64,000 bases of DNA from Bdellovibrionales bacterium (GCA_965217115.1 OZ244239.1:960001-1024000); one strand, 5' to 3'. Positions 49,526 through 60,900 are shown, numbered from the stretch's first letter. A program made the numbers and translations. The notes: generated by a model not told the origin, from the letters alone.

Positions 49526-50392
49526 ATGAAAAAGATATTTACCGTACCAGTATTATTACTAGTAGGTTTTTCCCAAACAACATGGTCTGCTAGCAACGAA
49601 GCTAATAGATTGAGAGGCCATTGGGCTGGCACTTATGCTGATGAACGAAAAACAGCAGAGTTCCGCTTAACTGTCCAGGAAGATGGTTCCGTTTTTTACA
49701 GAGATAACTCTGCTTTGGGACCTTACTGTAAGGGTGAGGTCAGAGAAGAGACGACTTCTGCAAATCTGAATGTTAAGTTTAACTGTAGTACAAAAAGCCA
49801 AAGAGCGGCTGGGGACTATACACAAAATGTTGGTTTCACGCTGACTATTAAAAATCCAGATAGACTTTCTCTTACTTCTGAAAGACAAAGTGCTACAATA
49901 CATTCTAGTATTGTAGGCTTGGAGAAAGTTTATCTATATAAACTAGCTAATCATTCATTTTCAAATGTTCTTAACTCCCCCGAAGGCTTTGAAGGTTCAC
50001 TTATCTTTCCTCAGTATGGGACTAAAAACGCTCTATTTGGAAACTTGCATTTTGAACTTCAGGAAAACAATCAATTAATTGTAACATCAGGCTACCTAAA
50101 ATCTACCAAGGGTCATTGGAGCAAAGTAGATTATCGTAATACATTTGGAGACGAAGGCTATCTTTCTGGAAATTATAAAATAGCTGGAACAAAGCTTATG
50201 TTAAAGGTTAAGGATGATAAAGGAGTTCTTGTTTCCTTTACTGTAGATTGGGCAAATATTTTAAATAAAAATATTTATAACTACAATGTCGCTTTACCCA
50301 AACATATTAAAAGAGAGTCAGCAACCAATGCCCTGATTGACGGAGAAAAATTTAAAGCTGGAACTACAGGGCCAGGATTTACTGCTAGGTAG
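49526..50392 (+). CDS. Secreted beta-rich hypothetical protein
   Basis: AGGAG RBS, signal peptide, LRGHWAGTY lipocalin-like start, Cys pair. Confidence 0.75.
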   Translation: MKKIFTVPVLLLVGFSQTTWSASNEANRLRGHWAGTYADERKTAEFRLTVQEDGSVFYRDNSALGPYCKGEVREETTSANLNVKFNCSTKSQRAAGDYTQNVGFTLTIKNPDRLSLTSERQSATIHSSIVGLEKVYLYKLANHSFSNVLNSPEGFEGSLIFPQYGTKNALFGNLHFELQENNQLIVTSGYLKSTKGHWSKVDYRNTFGDEGYLSGNYKIAGTKLMLKVKDDKGVLVSFTVDWANILNKNIYNYNVALPKHIKRESATNALIDGEKFKAGTTGPGFTAR

Positions 50393-50802
50393 AAATTTTT
50401 AAATACCTATCCTCTCTAAGCACGACTGACCTCTCCCCAAATAACTGAGCCACGTAAAACTTGAGAAGCGGCCGTGACAAGCGGTCCTACCCGGCCTAGG
50501 GAGGACCTATGAAAAGAAAAGATATCGCTGACAGGGCTATACGAGAGCGAATTGTCAGTACCGCAGGGTCTCGACTTTAAGTGGGTGTAAGCAGGAGATG
50601 CCTGTGATTTAGCCCTCCCACAAAAAAGGGAAAGAACTGTCATTTTGCCTAAATTCAATACAGTCGCTGACAATTTTGCGTCAAATTGTGCTTTTTTCAG
50701 CTCATCTCCCATTTCCTGCCATTTGAAGTGGTACGCCCCGTGAACTAGTAATCCATGAACAGTTAATTTTTATAATAAACTTTAATATAAGAGGGTGAAA
50801 AA

Positions 50803-51585
<783 letters not shown>

Positions 51586-51620
51586 ACAAACAGCTACATT
51601 AGTTGCCAATACAATATAAC

Positions 51621-51651
51621 GAGCCCATGAGGTTTATCTTCACGGGCTTTT
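51621..51651 (+). terminator. Probable intrinsic terminator between convergent genes
   Basis: AGCCCATGAG...TTCACGGGCT hairpin followed by T-run. Confidence 0.5.
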
Positions 51652-52963
51652 ATCGTCGATAAATTGAATTTCCTAAATAAAAAACTTCTCTAACAAAATC
51701 ACTATAGGCCTCTCTCTTCAAAGAACGCTTCTCTATTGTTTTTCTCAAAACATCTTCAGCATTTTCTCCATCTCTTACTCTCGGTGAAGTCACCATAAAG
51801 AAATTGCCCAGTTTTCCTTTCTCAAAACTACCACAAACTTTCTCTCGACCAAGTATCTCTGCTCCAGACAAAGTCGAGCGATACAAAGCCTTCACATAGG
51901 TTGCCCCAGAAACTTTTGCTCTTCGGTTCTGATGCACAAAAGAGCGCATCACATCAAACATTGATAAAAAAGGTCCTCCACCAATATCAGTCGCTAAAGC
52001 CCAGCGTATTTTATGCTTTTCAATTTTTTTAAAATCAAAGAGTCCAGACCCTAAGCCTCTCTCCTTCACAGGAGCATTTGATGTTGGACAATGGGCCACA
52101 GCTGTTCGACTCTCAGACAGCATCCTCAGCTCTTTAGGTTTCAAATGAATACCATGCCCCATTATGGTGCGTGACCCTAGAATTCCACATTTTCTGTAGA
52201 TATCTGTGTAACTTTCAACATTTTCAAACCCCTGTATTTTTCTATAAAGAGATAGAACACTCGCTATCTCCTCAGGAGTTTCACTTAAGTGAGTTTGAAT
52301 GAAAGATTTATGACTTCTAGCTAAACGGACTCCTTGGGCCATCACAGCAGGAGATGTTGTCAACGCAAAACGGGGTGTTAAAGCATAGCGAGGACCAAAT
52401 TTCTGTGATTTTTTTTTCACTAAATCTAAAGCTTGTGCCTCCGTTTGACAAAGATACTCAGGGGAGTTCATGGTCATCAAAACATTGCCCACAATAAAAT
52501 CTCCCACAAAATATTTAAACGCATGATCCACCGTGTGTCCATGCAATGAGGAGTAAACAGCCCCACCAAGAGTTCCCACACTCAAAAGCTCATGGGCAAA
52601 TTTTTTAGCTTTTTTTTCAGAGTAATTTTTGCTCTTGAATTTGGATTCATAGGGCCAAGTGTACCGAGATAACCACTCTAAGAGAGACTTCTTGGGCATC
52701 AGACGAACATCATCTTGCACCCAATGAAAGTGCATATCATAAAATCCAGGCATGGCTAACTGATCTGAAAAATCTAAAACTTCAAGATTTTTTTTGTTCT
52801 TCCATTTTTTTAATAGAGAGGCACTTCTCCCTTTTTCTAAGAGTTTATAACTCCCTAATGAACTTCTTTTAAAGAGGAGACCACCTCTACGCATAAGCTC
52901 ACAAGATCTATCTGTCTTAGGATTTATATAATCACAAAGAAATAGTTTGTAACTAAATCGCAA
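51650..52963 (-). CDS. guaD: Guanine deaminase
   Basis: PGFYDMHFHWVQ, LLEWL..YT.P.E, TPRFA, QTHLSE, HCPTSN..LGSGLF, TDIGGG. Confidence 0.9.
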   Translation of the reverse strand: MRFSYKLFLCDYINPKTDRSCELMRRGGLLFKRSSLGSYKLLEKGRSASLLKKWKNKKNLEVLDFSDQLAMPGFYDMHFHWVQDDVRLMPKKSLLEWLSRYTWPYESKFKSKNYSEKKAKKFAHELLSVGTLGGAVYSSLHGHTVDHAFKYFVGDFIVGNVLMTMNSPEYLCQTEAQALDLVKKKSQKFGPRYALTPRFALTTSPAVMAQGVRLARSHKSFIQTHLSETPEEIASVLSLYRKIQGFENVESYTDIYRKCGILGSRTIMGHGIHLKPKELRMLSESRTAVAHCPTSNAPVKERGLGSGLFDFKKIEKHKIRWALATDIGGGPFLSMFDVMRSFVHQNRRAKVSGATYVKALYRSTLSGAEILGREKVCGSFEKGKLGNFFMVTSPRVRDGENAEDVLRKTIEKRSLKREAYSDFVREVFYLGNSIYRR

Positions 52964-53029
52964 ATCTATCTCCCAAAGAGATCGTCATAAGACGGTCTCT
53001 TCTCTTGCTAAAAATATACAGTTAAAAAG

Positions 53030-54400
53030 TTATTTATAGACCTTGAATTTTCCTTCTTTAACACGAGTAAAATAGCTCTTCGACGCCTCTCTTACCTTTG
53101 GGAATAAAAATAACAACGCAATCATATTAGGGATCACCATCAGCCCCATTGTGATATCAGAAAAATTCAAAACAGCATCACTCTTCCATACAGCACCTAT
53201 CACTACCACCAAACAAAAAATAACCTTATAAGGCTTAATTCCCTTATCTCCAAATAGATAATCCACTGCCCTTTCTCCGTAATAAGACCAGCTAATTAAT
53301 GTTGAATAAGCAAAAAAGAACACTGCCACAGGTACAAAGTACTGACCAAATCCAGGAATTGCAGAATCAAAGGCCGATGCCGTCAATGCCACACCACTAA
53401 GATCTCCCTGCCATGCTCCTGAGATTAAAATCACTAACGCTGTCATCGTACAAATTACAACCGTATCAATAAACGGTCCTAAAGATGCCACAATCCCTTC
53501 ACGAATAGGTTCATTTGTCATAGCCGCCGAATGGGCAATGGCCGCCGAACCTAATCCCGCTTCATTAGAAAAACACGCTCTTCTCACTCCCTGAATCAAC
53601 ACAACCTTCACTGCTGCACCAGCAAAACCACCTATAGCAGCCGTACCCGTAAAAGCATCAGTGAAAATCATTGCAATCAATGCTGGTAAATCAGATATAT
53701 GAGCTAAAAGAACAACAAGCGCCCCAAAAACATAAATAAGCGCCATAAGGGGAATAAGTTTTTCTGTCACCCGAGCTATCCGCTTCACACCGCCGATGAT
53801 AACAACAGCAGTTAAAATAGCTAAAACAAGACCTACAAGTAGAGTTGAAATTCCAAACTGGCCTGACATAATTGAAGCCACCTGATTGGCCTGAAACATA
53901 TTCGCCGCTCCGAAGCTACCGCAAATACAAAAGAAAGCAAATGCGACAGCCAAAGGCTTAAACGCCTTACCCATACCTATTTCAATATAATGCATAGGTC
54001 CGCCATGAACCACTCCCTTCTCATCCACTCGGCGATACATTATAGCCAAAGAAGACTCGACGAACTTGGTCGACATTCCCACCAAACCCACAAGAATCAT
54101 CCAAAAAACAGCACCAGGTCCACCCGCTTTAATAGCAAATGCGACACCTGCAATATTTCCCAAGCCCACCGTTGCTGATAGCGCTGTGCATAAAGCTTGA
54201 AAATGGCTGATCTCCCCTGGATCATCAGGATTATCGTATTTACCTCTCACCACATCAATAGCATGACGAAAACCCCTAAATTGTATGAACCCTAGAGAAA
54301 TAGTAAATAGAAGACCTGCTCCCACCAATGTCACCACTAAGGGGAGTCCCCAAACATAACCGACAAATACAGATAAAAACTCATTAAACGTTTCTAGCAT
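53030..54400 (-). CDS. Alanine/glycine:cation symporter (AGCS)
   Basis: ALSATVGLGNIAGV, GGPGAVFWM, FSNEAGLGSA, DTVVICTMT. Confidence 0.95.
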   Translation of the reverse strand: MLETFNEFLSVFVGYVWGLPLVVTLVGAGLLFTISLGFIQFRGFRHAIDVVRGKYDNPDDPGEISHFQALCTALSATVGLGNIAGVAFAIKAGGPGAVFWMILVGLVGMSTKFVESSLAIMYRRVDEKGVVHGGPMHYIEIGMGKAFKPLAVAFAFFCICGSFGAANMFQANQVASIMSGQFGISTLLVGLVLAILTAVVIIGGVKRIARVTEKLIPLMALIYVFGALVVLLAHISDLPALIAMIFTDAFTGTAAIGGFAGAAVKVVLIQGVRRACFSNEAGLGSAAIAHSAAMTNEPIREGIVASLGPFIDTVVICTMTALVILISGAWQGDLSGVALTASAFDSAIPGFGQYFVPVAVFFFAYSTLISWSYYGERAVDYLFGDKGIKPYKVIFCLVVVIGAVWKSDAVLNFSDITMGLMVIPNMIALLFLFPKVREASKSYFTRVKEGKFKVYK

Positions 54401-54469
54401 AGAGAACTCTCCAAAAATTAGATTTTACAGAATTATATCCACACTTAACAGCCATCTCCAAGACAATTC

Positions 54470-55648
54470 TCAAGCCATTAGAAATGTTGTGTAGAGGTCT
54501 TCACCCATGTTCATGGCGAAAGTTTTTGTAAAAAAAATGCGCTCCTTCATCTGAGAAAAAGACAGCTTATTTGTCCAAGATACTCCTCCGCCTGCCCCCA
54601 AAACAATTGGCGCCACAAAAAGATGTAGTCTCTGACATTTTTTCTGTTGCAAAAAAATACTCAAAGTTTCAGCACCTCCTTCAACAAAAACTGAATAAAT
54701 ACCCTTTTTCCTAAGAAGAAATAATAAATGTTGCAAATCAAACTCTCCGCCATCCAAAGTCTTGATTCGCAAGATATTGACACCAACTGCTGCCTCTAGG
54801 TTCTGAGACGGCAAAATCCGTTTCTCTTCAATACAAATATAGATATTTTCCGCAGGACGAACTTTAGCTATGTTTAAACTCTCTATTTTAGAAAGTAACT
54901 CTCCAGATGGATCTAAAATAACAACCTTATTCTCTAAACCAGGAAAATCAGTGTGACGAATATTCAAACTTGGATTATCTATTTCCACCGTCCCTCGACC
55001 TACAAGAACGGCATCATATTGAGCACGAAGTTCATGGGAGAATAGGCGAGATTTTTCACCCGTAATCCACCGATTTCCCCCACTGGTTAAAGCTATTTGT
55101 CCATCTAAAGACGTTGCTACTTTTAGGGCCACAAAAGTTTTTTCTTTTTCAATATTATAAATAAAGTTCTCTACTAACTCTCTTAGATTTTTTTTAATTT
55201 TTAATGAATTACCATCTCTATTGTCATCTCCAGTACTAAGACAATCCTCAGCCCATTCTTCAGTCTCAATTCCAAGGTTTTCTAAAATAGAAATTCCCTT
55301 TCCTTGTACCAGAGGGTTCGGGTCAATTAAGCCGTAAATAACTTTCTTTATAGGCAACTCAGACAAGACTTTAGCGCAGCTGGGTGTTTTTCCTTCATGG
55401 GCACAAGGTTCTAAAGTCACATAAAAATAGCTTCCACTCAATTTTTCTTTTTTTATTTTTCTTAAGGCATTAATCTCAGCGTGAGCTCCACCAAAGCACT
55501 CATGAAACCCTGAGGCCAAAAAATGATGGTTCTTATCCACCACCACACAGCCCACCAGAGGATTAGGAGACACTCGCCCGATCCCTTTCTTAGCCACTTC
55601 AATCGCTAAAGTCATGGCCTCTTCAGGAGATAAGAGAGTCTCTGTCAT
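54470..55648 (-). CDS. ribD: Riboflavin biosynthesis deaminase/reductase
   Basis: PNPLVGC, HAE, VTLEPCAH.GKTPSC, ATSLDG, VEGGA. Confidence 0.95.
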   Translation of the reverse strand: MTETLLSPEEAMTLAIEVAKKGIGRVSPNPLVGCVVVDKNHHFLASGFHECFGGAHAEINALRKIKKEKLSGSYFYVTLEPCAHEGKTPSCAKVLSELPIKKVIYGLIDPNPLVQGKGISILENLGIETEEWAEDCLSTGDDNRDGNSLKIKKNLRELVENFIYNIEKEKTFVALKVATSLDGQIALTSGGNRWITGEKSRLFSHELRAQYDAVLVGRGTVEIDNPSLNIRHTDFPGLENKVVILDPSGELLSKIESLNIAKVRPAENIYICIEEKRILPSQNLEAAVGVNILRIKTLDGGEFDLQHLLFLLRKKGIYSVFVEGGAETLSIFLQQKKCQRLHLFVAPIVLGAGGGVSWTNKLSFSQMKERIFFTKTFAMNMGEDLYTTFLMA

Positions 55649-55657
55649 ATTTTTCCT

Positions 55658-56695
55658 TTACAAAAAACCACGTCTTGCTTGGTCTATCTCAATAGAATCA
55701 AATAATGCCTGGAAATTCCCCTCACCAAAACCTAAATGGTTTTTTCTTTGAATAACTTCATAAAAAATAGGACCAATCACGTTACACGTAAAAATTTGCA
55801 ACAAATACCCCTCATCGTCTCCATCAATTAACACTGAATGCTCTTCCATACTTTGTAAATCTTCAGTCACATTAGGCACGCGATTAGAAATTTCCTCGTA
55901 ATAAGTTCCTGGGGGGGGATCTAGAAATCTCACTCCATTCTCTTGTAGTCCTTTTATCGAAGAAATGATATCATCGGTAAGCAAAGCCAAATGCTGGATG
56001 CCCGGTCCTTTGTACTCTTCTAAATACTCCTGGATTTGTGATTTACTATCAGTTGGCTCATTAATCGGGATGATGATTTTATCACAAGGAGACATCATCA
56101 CTTTACTTATTAAACCTGTTTTTTTTCCTTTAATATCAAAAAAACGCACTTCTCGAAAATTAAAAATATTCTCGTAAAAATCACACCATTTCTGCATTTC
56201 CCCAAAAGGAACATTATTTGTTAAATGATCAATGGCCGAAAAACCAACACCTCTTGGATGATGATCCTTTGTTATAAATTCAAATTTTTCAGCGTAAAAT
56301 TCTTTTTCAAGATTTTCATCAACAAAGTAAATTAACGAATCACCTATTCCATAAACTGCTGGAAAAAGACATGCTCCTTTATCTTTATCATCACCTTCAT
56401 AGGGTCTGGCTCCTCTTTCAACCGCAACTTGAAAAGCCTTTACTGCGTTCTGCACCCTAAACCCTGTAGAACAAATAGACGGCCCATGGGCTTTTACGAA
56501 TTCTTCGGCAAAAGTCTCTTTCTCCTTATTCAAAAGAAAATTACAGTCTCCCTGTCGATACAAGGCCACATCTTTGCTCTTATACTGGGCAACCTTGTCA
56601 AATCCCATGTTCTTAAATAATTTTGATAAATATTCAGCGTCAATTCCAACATATTCAACAAAGGCAAACCCATTTAAACCTACAGGATTTTCCAC
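55658..56695 (-). CDS. hppD: 4-hydroxyphenylpyruvate dioxygenase
   Basis: ENPVGLNGFAFVEY, IDHLTNNV, SQIQEYL, GIQHLAL, LLQIFT, GFGEGNFQALF. Confidence 0.96.
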   Translation of the reverse strand: MENPVGLNGFAFVEYVGIDAEYLSKLFKNMGFDKVAQYKSKDVALYRQGDCNFLLNKEKETFAEEFVKAHGPSICSTGFRVQNAVKAFQVAVERGARPYEGDDKDKGACLFPAVYGIGDSLIYFVDENLEKEFYAEKFEFITKDHHPRGVGFSAIDHLTNNVPFGEMQKWCDFYENIFNFREVRFFDIKGKKTGLISKVMMSPCDKIIIPINEPTDSKSQIQEYLEEYKGPGIQHLALLTDDIISSIKGLQENGVRFLDPPPGTYYEEISNRVPNVTEDLQSMEEHSVLIDGDDEGYLLQIFTCNVIGPIFYEVIQRKNHLGFGEGNFQALFDSIEIDQARRGFL

Positions 56696-56805
56696 TAAGA
56701 CCTCCTTAAATAAACAACCTAAAAGCTGTTAATACTACCTCTCTCTTCTTTAGGCAAGTTGAGAGCGCCGTTCTCAAGAAAACCTTCAAAAAGACAACTG
56801 AGCAC

Positions 56806-58095
56806 TTATAAATTTACACCCTGAATATGACTGTAAAAACCCTGCACTAGAGGGTCTACAAAGATAGAGCGAGGATTCCAACCCTCCAAAAAAAGACCTC
56901 TCCCTGATTTTAATCGACTCAAAGCTACGTAGGCCTGTCCTGGCTCCCACAAATGACGAATATCGACCCCAACCTTTTCTAAGGTCATTCCCTGGGACTT
57001 ATGAATGGTTGAAGCGTAGGCTAAGGTCAAAGGAAAATTCATAGCCGACGCCACCACATCCCCCTTCTGGTTCAATAAGGAGAAAGTCCCCTTTTCAACA
57101 TTTACACTGCGGCCAGAGTCCAATAGAACACGAATTTTTTCATTCTCTATCTCCCTAACCACTCCCGTTGTTCCATTCACCCAACGCTTTTTAGGATCAT
57201 TTTGTAAAAACATCACCCGACAGTTATTTTTTAAAACAAGAATCTCTGGAATGGGGGCCTTTTTTTTCAATGATTCACTGTATCTTTCATCACCGAAATA
57301 AACCGTAGCAATTTTTTCTTCTTCGCTATCTAAATTAGATAAACGTTGGCGATTTAATTGATCCGTTTGATTTCTTCGAGGAAAAAGACGGGTTCCATCA
57401 AAATCGATATCTAAATAACACTCTTTATCCTCTAAAAAGCCCCTCACTCTCTCACTCACTATACCCAAGCGCACATCATTTAAGATATTAAGAAACTCCA
57501 AATCCTCTGTGCGATGATTATTTGTTAACACAGAATTTATAAAATTTGTTTTTTCCCATACTGGATTCAGGAATGCCCACTGACTCTTACCACCAGAACG
57601 ACTCACTGGAGGTAATTGAGCAAAATCTCCCACAGTGATAACCTGCATCCCTCCCCATGGTAAGTCTTTCCCTCTAGCACTTCGAGCCAGTGCCTCAGCC
57701 ACTGCAAGAGCATATCCTGGTACCATAGAGATCTCATCAATGATCACCCCCTGTACTTTACGTAAACGTCGGAATAATACCTTGTCTTTTTGTGCTCGCT
57801 CAAAGGTTGCCTGAACCCCACCCTCCATAATACCCAAACCAAAAAAACTATGAAAAGTACGCCCAGCAATTAAAATAGCTGCCCTGCCTGTGCTCGCTAA
57901 AATTGGAAACTCTTTGGAATCTAAACCCTCTGTAAAAGAGCGCACCACGTAGCTCTTACCACTACCAGCAACCCCTGTGAGAAATACGTTTTTCCCGCTG
58001 CGTAAATGATCACAAGCCAATTCCTGGTCTTCACTTAAAGAGACTTCCTCTGATTCTTGGATATCAGAATCTTGATCATCAATCTGGGTCTCCAT
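56806..58095 (-). CDS. PIF1-family SF1B DNA helicase
   Basis: TGVAGSGKS, TFHSFFG, IIDEISM, GDFAQLPPV, FPLTLAYASTIHKSQGMT, GQAYVALSR; start after AGGAGA. Confidence 0.9.
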   Translation of the reverse strand: METQIDDQDSDIQESEEVSLSEDQELACDHLRSGKNVFLTGVAGSGKSYVVRSFTEGLDSKEFPILASTGRAAILIAGRTFHSFFGLGIMEGGVQATFERAQKDKVLFRRLRKVQGVIIDEISMVPGYALAVAEALARSARGKDLPWGGMQVITVGDFAQLPPVSRSGGKSQWAFLNPVWEKTNFINSVLTNNHRTEDLEFLNILNDVRLGIVSERVRGFLEDKECYLDIDFDGTRLFPRRNQTDQLNRQRLSNLDSEEEKIATVYFGDERYSESLKKKAPIPEILVLKNNCRVMFLQNDPKKRWVNGTTGVVREIENEKIRVLLDSGRSVNVEKGTFSLLNQKGDVVASAMNFPLTLAYASTIHKSQGMTLEKVGVDIRHLWEPGQAYVALSRLKSGRGLFLEGWNPRSIFVDPLVQGFYSHIQGVNL

Positions 58096-58298
58096 ATCTC
58101 TCCTGTTGGCAAGCACATCCATATCTGATAGAGTGGCTGTATAAACATATCACTGTCCTTGCTCAGACACCCTACAATAATACAGTAGATATGAATAAAA
58201 TTAAACTAAATACTCAAAAACGTACAGTCTTAAATACTAAGGGTGTCATCGAGTTACTCAACTAGAACTGACTAACAAAAAACAGGAGAACAGATAAA

Positions 58299-58670
58299 AT
58301 GACAAAAACAAAAGAACCCCAATCCTTTAACAGCATCACAGCCAACCCTCTATTTCCAAAGGTCCAAGATATCTCTCCTAAAGAAGTTAACGAGAAGAAA
58401 AATCTCATACACATCATAGATGTTCGTCGTCCCGATGAATTCTGTGGCGAACTTGAACATATTCCAGGTGCTAAACTCATTACTCTAGATACCCTTGAAG
58501 AGAACCAAAGCTCCTTGCCAAAGGATGGTTCTATTGTCTTTATTTGCCGAAGTGGTGGCCGATCAGCTCACGCGTCTGTATGGGCCCAAGACAATGGCTG
58601 GCAAAATGTTTACAATATGCTGGGAGGAATGATCGCCTGGAACAAACAAAAATTTGAAACAGAAGTTTAA
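58299..58670 (+). CDS. Rhodanese-like sulfurtransferase
   Basis: IDVRRPDEF, HIPGA, ICRSGGRS, GGMIAW. Confidence 0.92.
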   Translation: MTKTKEPQSFNSITANPLFPKVQDISPKEVNEKKNLIHIIDVRRPDEFCGELEHIPGAKLITLDTLEENQSSLPKDGSIVFICRSGGRSAHASVWAQDNGWQNVYNMLGGMIAWNKQKFETEV

Positions 58671-58689
58671 AAAGAAAACAGGAGACACC

Positions 58690-60057
58690 ATGCCTCAGAT
58701 ATTTGTCAATAGAACTCTTAACTTAAAGAAAATAAAATACGTTGGTTTAGATATGGACCACACCTTGGTTCGCTACAACAGCGAAGCCTTCGAGGCTCTA
58801 TCTTTTGACATGATGAAAATCAAACTTGTCAATAACCATGACTACCCTAAAGAGATTCTTAATCTTAATCTTGATTTTAATCTACCCACTCGTGGACTTG
58901 TCATAGATAGAAAATTAGGAAATTTACTTAAAATCAGCCGTCACAGTGCTATACGAAAAGTCTATCACGGAACAAACCCCGTGAATTTCAAAACTCTACA
59001 GAGACTTTACCGTGCTAAATACATTGATCTAGGCTCTTCGGATTACGTCTCAGTTGATACAGCTTTTTCAATTTCCCATGCTTGTATGTTTGCCCTGCTC
59101 GTCGATTTTAAAGATCAACACCCTAACAAACATCTTCCTGAGTATCCAGATATCGCCGACGATGTTATTACAGTGCTTGACGAAGCTCATCGGGACAACA
59201 GCATTAAAGGGTTGGTAAAAGAATCTCTCGAAGACTTTGTCATCCAAGATGAATCTGTCGTCAAAGGCCTAGAGCGATTTCTTCAACACGGTAAGAAACT
59301 CTTTATTCTTACCAATTCAGATTATCATTATACAAAGTTACTCTTAGACTACACCGTGAATCCCTTTTTACAAAATGGTCAAACTTGGGAAGACATCTTT
59401 GAGTACACTATCTGTTTTGCACAAAAGCCTCGCTTCTTCCATGATAACTTAAAATTTCTAAAAATTAATCCTAAAGATGGTTCTATGGCCAATCATGATG
59501 GCCTACTTGAACCAGGAGTTTATCAAGGTGGCTCTGCCAATATTTTTACCCAAAGTCTCAACGTCGACAGTGATGACATCCTCTACGTTGGCGATCATAT
59601 TTATGGCGACATTCTTAAACTCAAAAAAGCATGCTCATGGAGAACGGCCATCGTCATTGAGGAGTTAGCAAGAGAGATCAAGTCTAACAAGAAAGGAAAT
59701 GCCCTAAGTGTTAAAATTGAAGACCTCATGGAACTCAAAGAACCTATGGAGATCGATCTCACTGAAAAAATTTCCATGAAAGTTGAAAACAGAAATATCG
59801 ACGAAAAGGAAATCTCCACCTTACAAAAAAAAATTTCCGAGATAGACACTCAAATTAGTCATCTTATTAAAGAACAACAAGCTCTCTACAACCCCTATTG
59901 GGGACAAGTCATGAGATCAGGGAATGAAGAGAGTTACTTCGCCTCCCAAGTCGTGCGTTTTGCCTGTATCTACATGGCTAAACTCTCTGATCTACTGGAT
60001 CAATCCCCCAGAACCTACTTCAGAGCCTCCAGACGTCCTATGCCCCATGAGGTTTAA
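58690..60057 (+). CDS. HAD-IG family cytosolic purine 5'-nucleotidase (cN-II-like)
   Basis: IFVNRTLNL, GLDMDHTLVRY, LTNS, YVGDHIYGDI, WRT. Confidence 0.9.
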   Translation: MPQIFVNRTLNLKKIKYVGLDMDHTLVRYNSEAFEALSFDMMKIKLVNNHDYPKEILNLNLDFNLPTRGLVIDRKLGNLLKISRHSAIRKVYHGTNPVNFKTLQRLYRAKYIDLGSSDYVSVDTAFSISHACMFALLVDFKDQHPNKHLPEYPDIADDVITVLDEAHRDNSIKGLVKESLEDFVIQDESVVKGLERFLQHGKKLFILTNSDYHYTKLLLDYTVNPFLQNGQTWEDIFEYTICFAQKPRFFHDNLKFLKINPKDGSMANHDGLLEPGVYQGGSANIFTQSLNVDSDDILYVGDHIYGDILKLKKACSWRTAIVIEELAREIKSNKKGNALSVKIEDLMELKEPMEIDLTEKISMKVENRNIDEKEISTLQKKISEIDTQISHLIKEQQALYNPYWGQVMRSGNEESYFASQVVRFACIYMAKLSDLLDQSPRTYFRASRRPMPHEV

Positions 60058-60111
60058 TTTCCTGTAATCATTTTTATTGTTCCCGTAAACACTGTGGGAT
60101 CAACAAATGCC

Positions 60112-60900
60112 TCAATTAGCACGGCGAGGGGCTTTTAAGGATGACAGAGGACTCATTAAATAAATATTATAGCGTCCCCGACTCACGTGGTCTGTGGCAT
60201 GCAGCCATCCTTTTTTTCCTTTCTGTTTGATCTTTCTCTCAACCTTGCGAAAAAGCGATATTGATTTATTTTGAACCTCACAACCAATCATCGATAATAA
60301 ATCTTCTTTTTTATGGGAATTTAAAGGGGCGTTTTTCAAACAAGAATAGGGAAAGCTATTGAATTCATCTCTATTAGACATCAAAGGCCAAACACCCAAA
60401 AACTCAATTTTTTTATCAAACCTTCTACTTAACTTTAGTCCTTGTTGGGATGACATAATGAAGACGATCTGTTTTCTTCCTAAATCTGTCCTTTCGCTGT
60501 GCTCTTCTATTTTCTCAACAATCAACTCTATCGTCATCACTTCCATTTCCATTTGTTTATTTTTATTGCCTTCAGAACGAGTTAAATCAGAGTCCACAAA
60601 AATTGAATAACGCTTTCCCCTCAAGTGAGCTTCTCGCAGAAAACCTAGCCACAAGAGCCACTGTTCCTTTAATAATGGGCTCAAATCCTGATTGACTCCT
60701 AGAACAATCACAGAAGCTTTCTCTAATTCAGGCCATAAACGCAGGTAATTATACCTCCCAACATCTCTCAACTCGCTAGAGAAACTTAGTTTTATTTTAG
60801 GGACAGGGCGAGAAGTGGCCGTGTATTTGAGGGAGAACATCACGCCACAGACAATAAATAACAGCATCAACGCCCATAGCACCTTTATTCTTCTGCTCAT
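60112..60900 (-). CDS. Hypothetical membrane-anchored protein
   Basis: 262-aa ORF with N-terminal TM; no motif recognised. Confidence 0.6.
   Translation of the reverse strand: MSRRIKVLWALMLLFIVCGVMFSLKYTATSRPVPKIKLSFSSELRDVGRYNYLRLWPELEKASVIVLGVNQDLSPLLKEQWLLWLGFLREAHLRGKRYSIFVDSDLTRSEGNKNKQMEMEVMTIELIVEKIEEHSERTDLGRKQIVFIMSSQQGLKLSRRFDKKIEFLGVWPLMSNRDEFNSFPYSCLKNAPLNSHKKEDLLSMIGCEVQNKSISLFRKVERKIKQKGKKGWLHATDHVSRGRYNIYLMSPLSSLKAPRRAN

Noticed and set aside
50416..50712. 98-aa minus-strand ORF
   Set aside because: No RBS or recognisable motif; overlaps a structured intergenic region
54470..56760. FMN riboswitch for ribD
   Set aside because: ribD starts 9 nt after hppD and no RFN motif is visible upstream of either gene
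56806..58095. PIF1 helicase as marker of a mobile element or defence system
   Set aside because: No relaxase, nuclease, transposase or terminal repeats; flanked by metabolic genes
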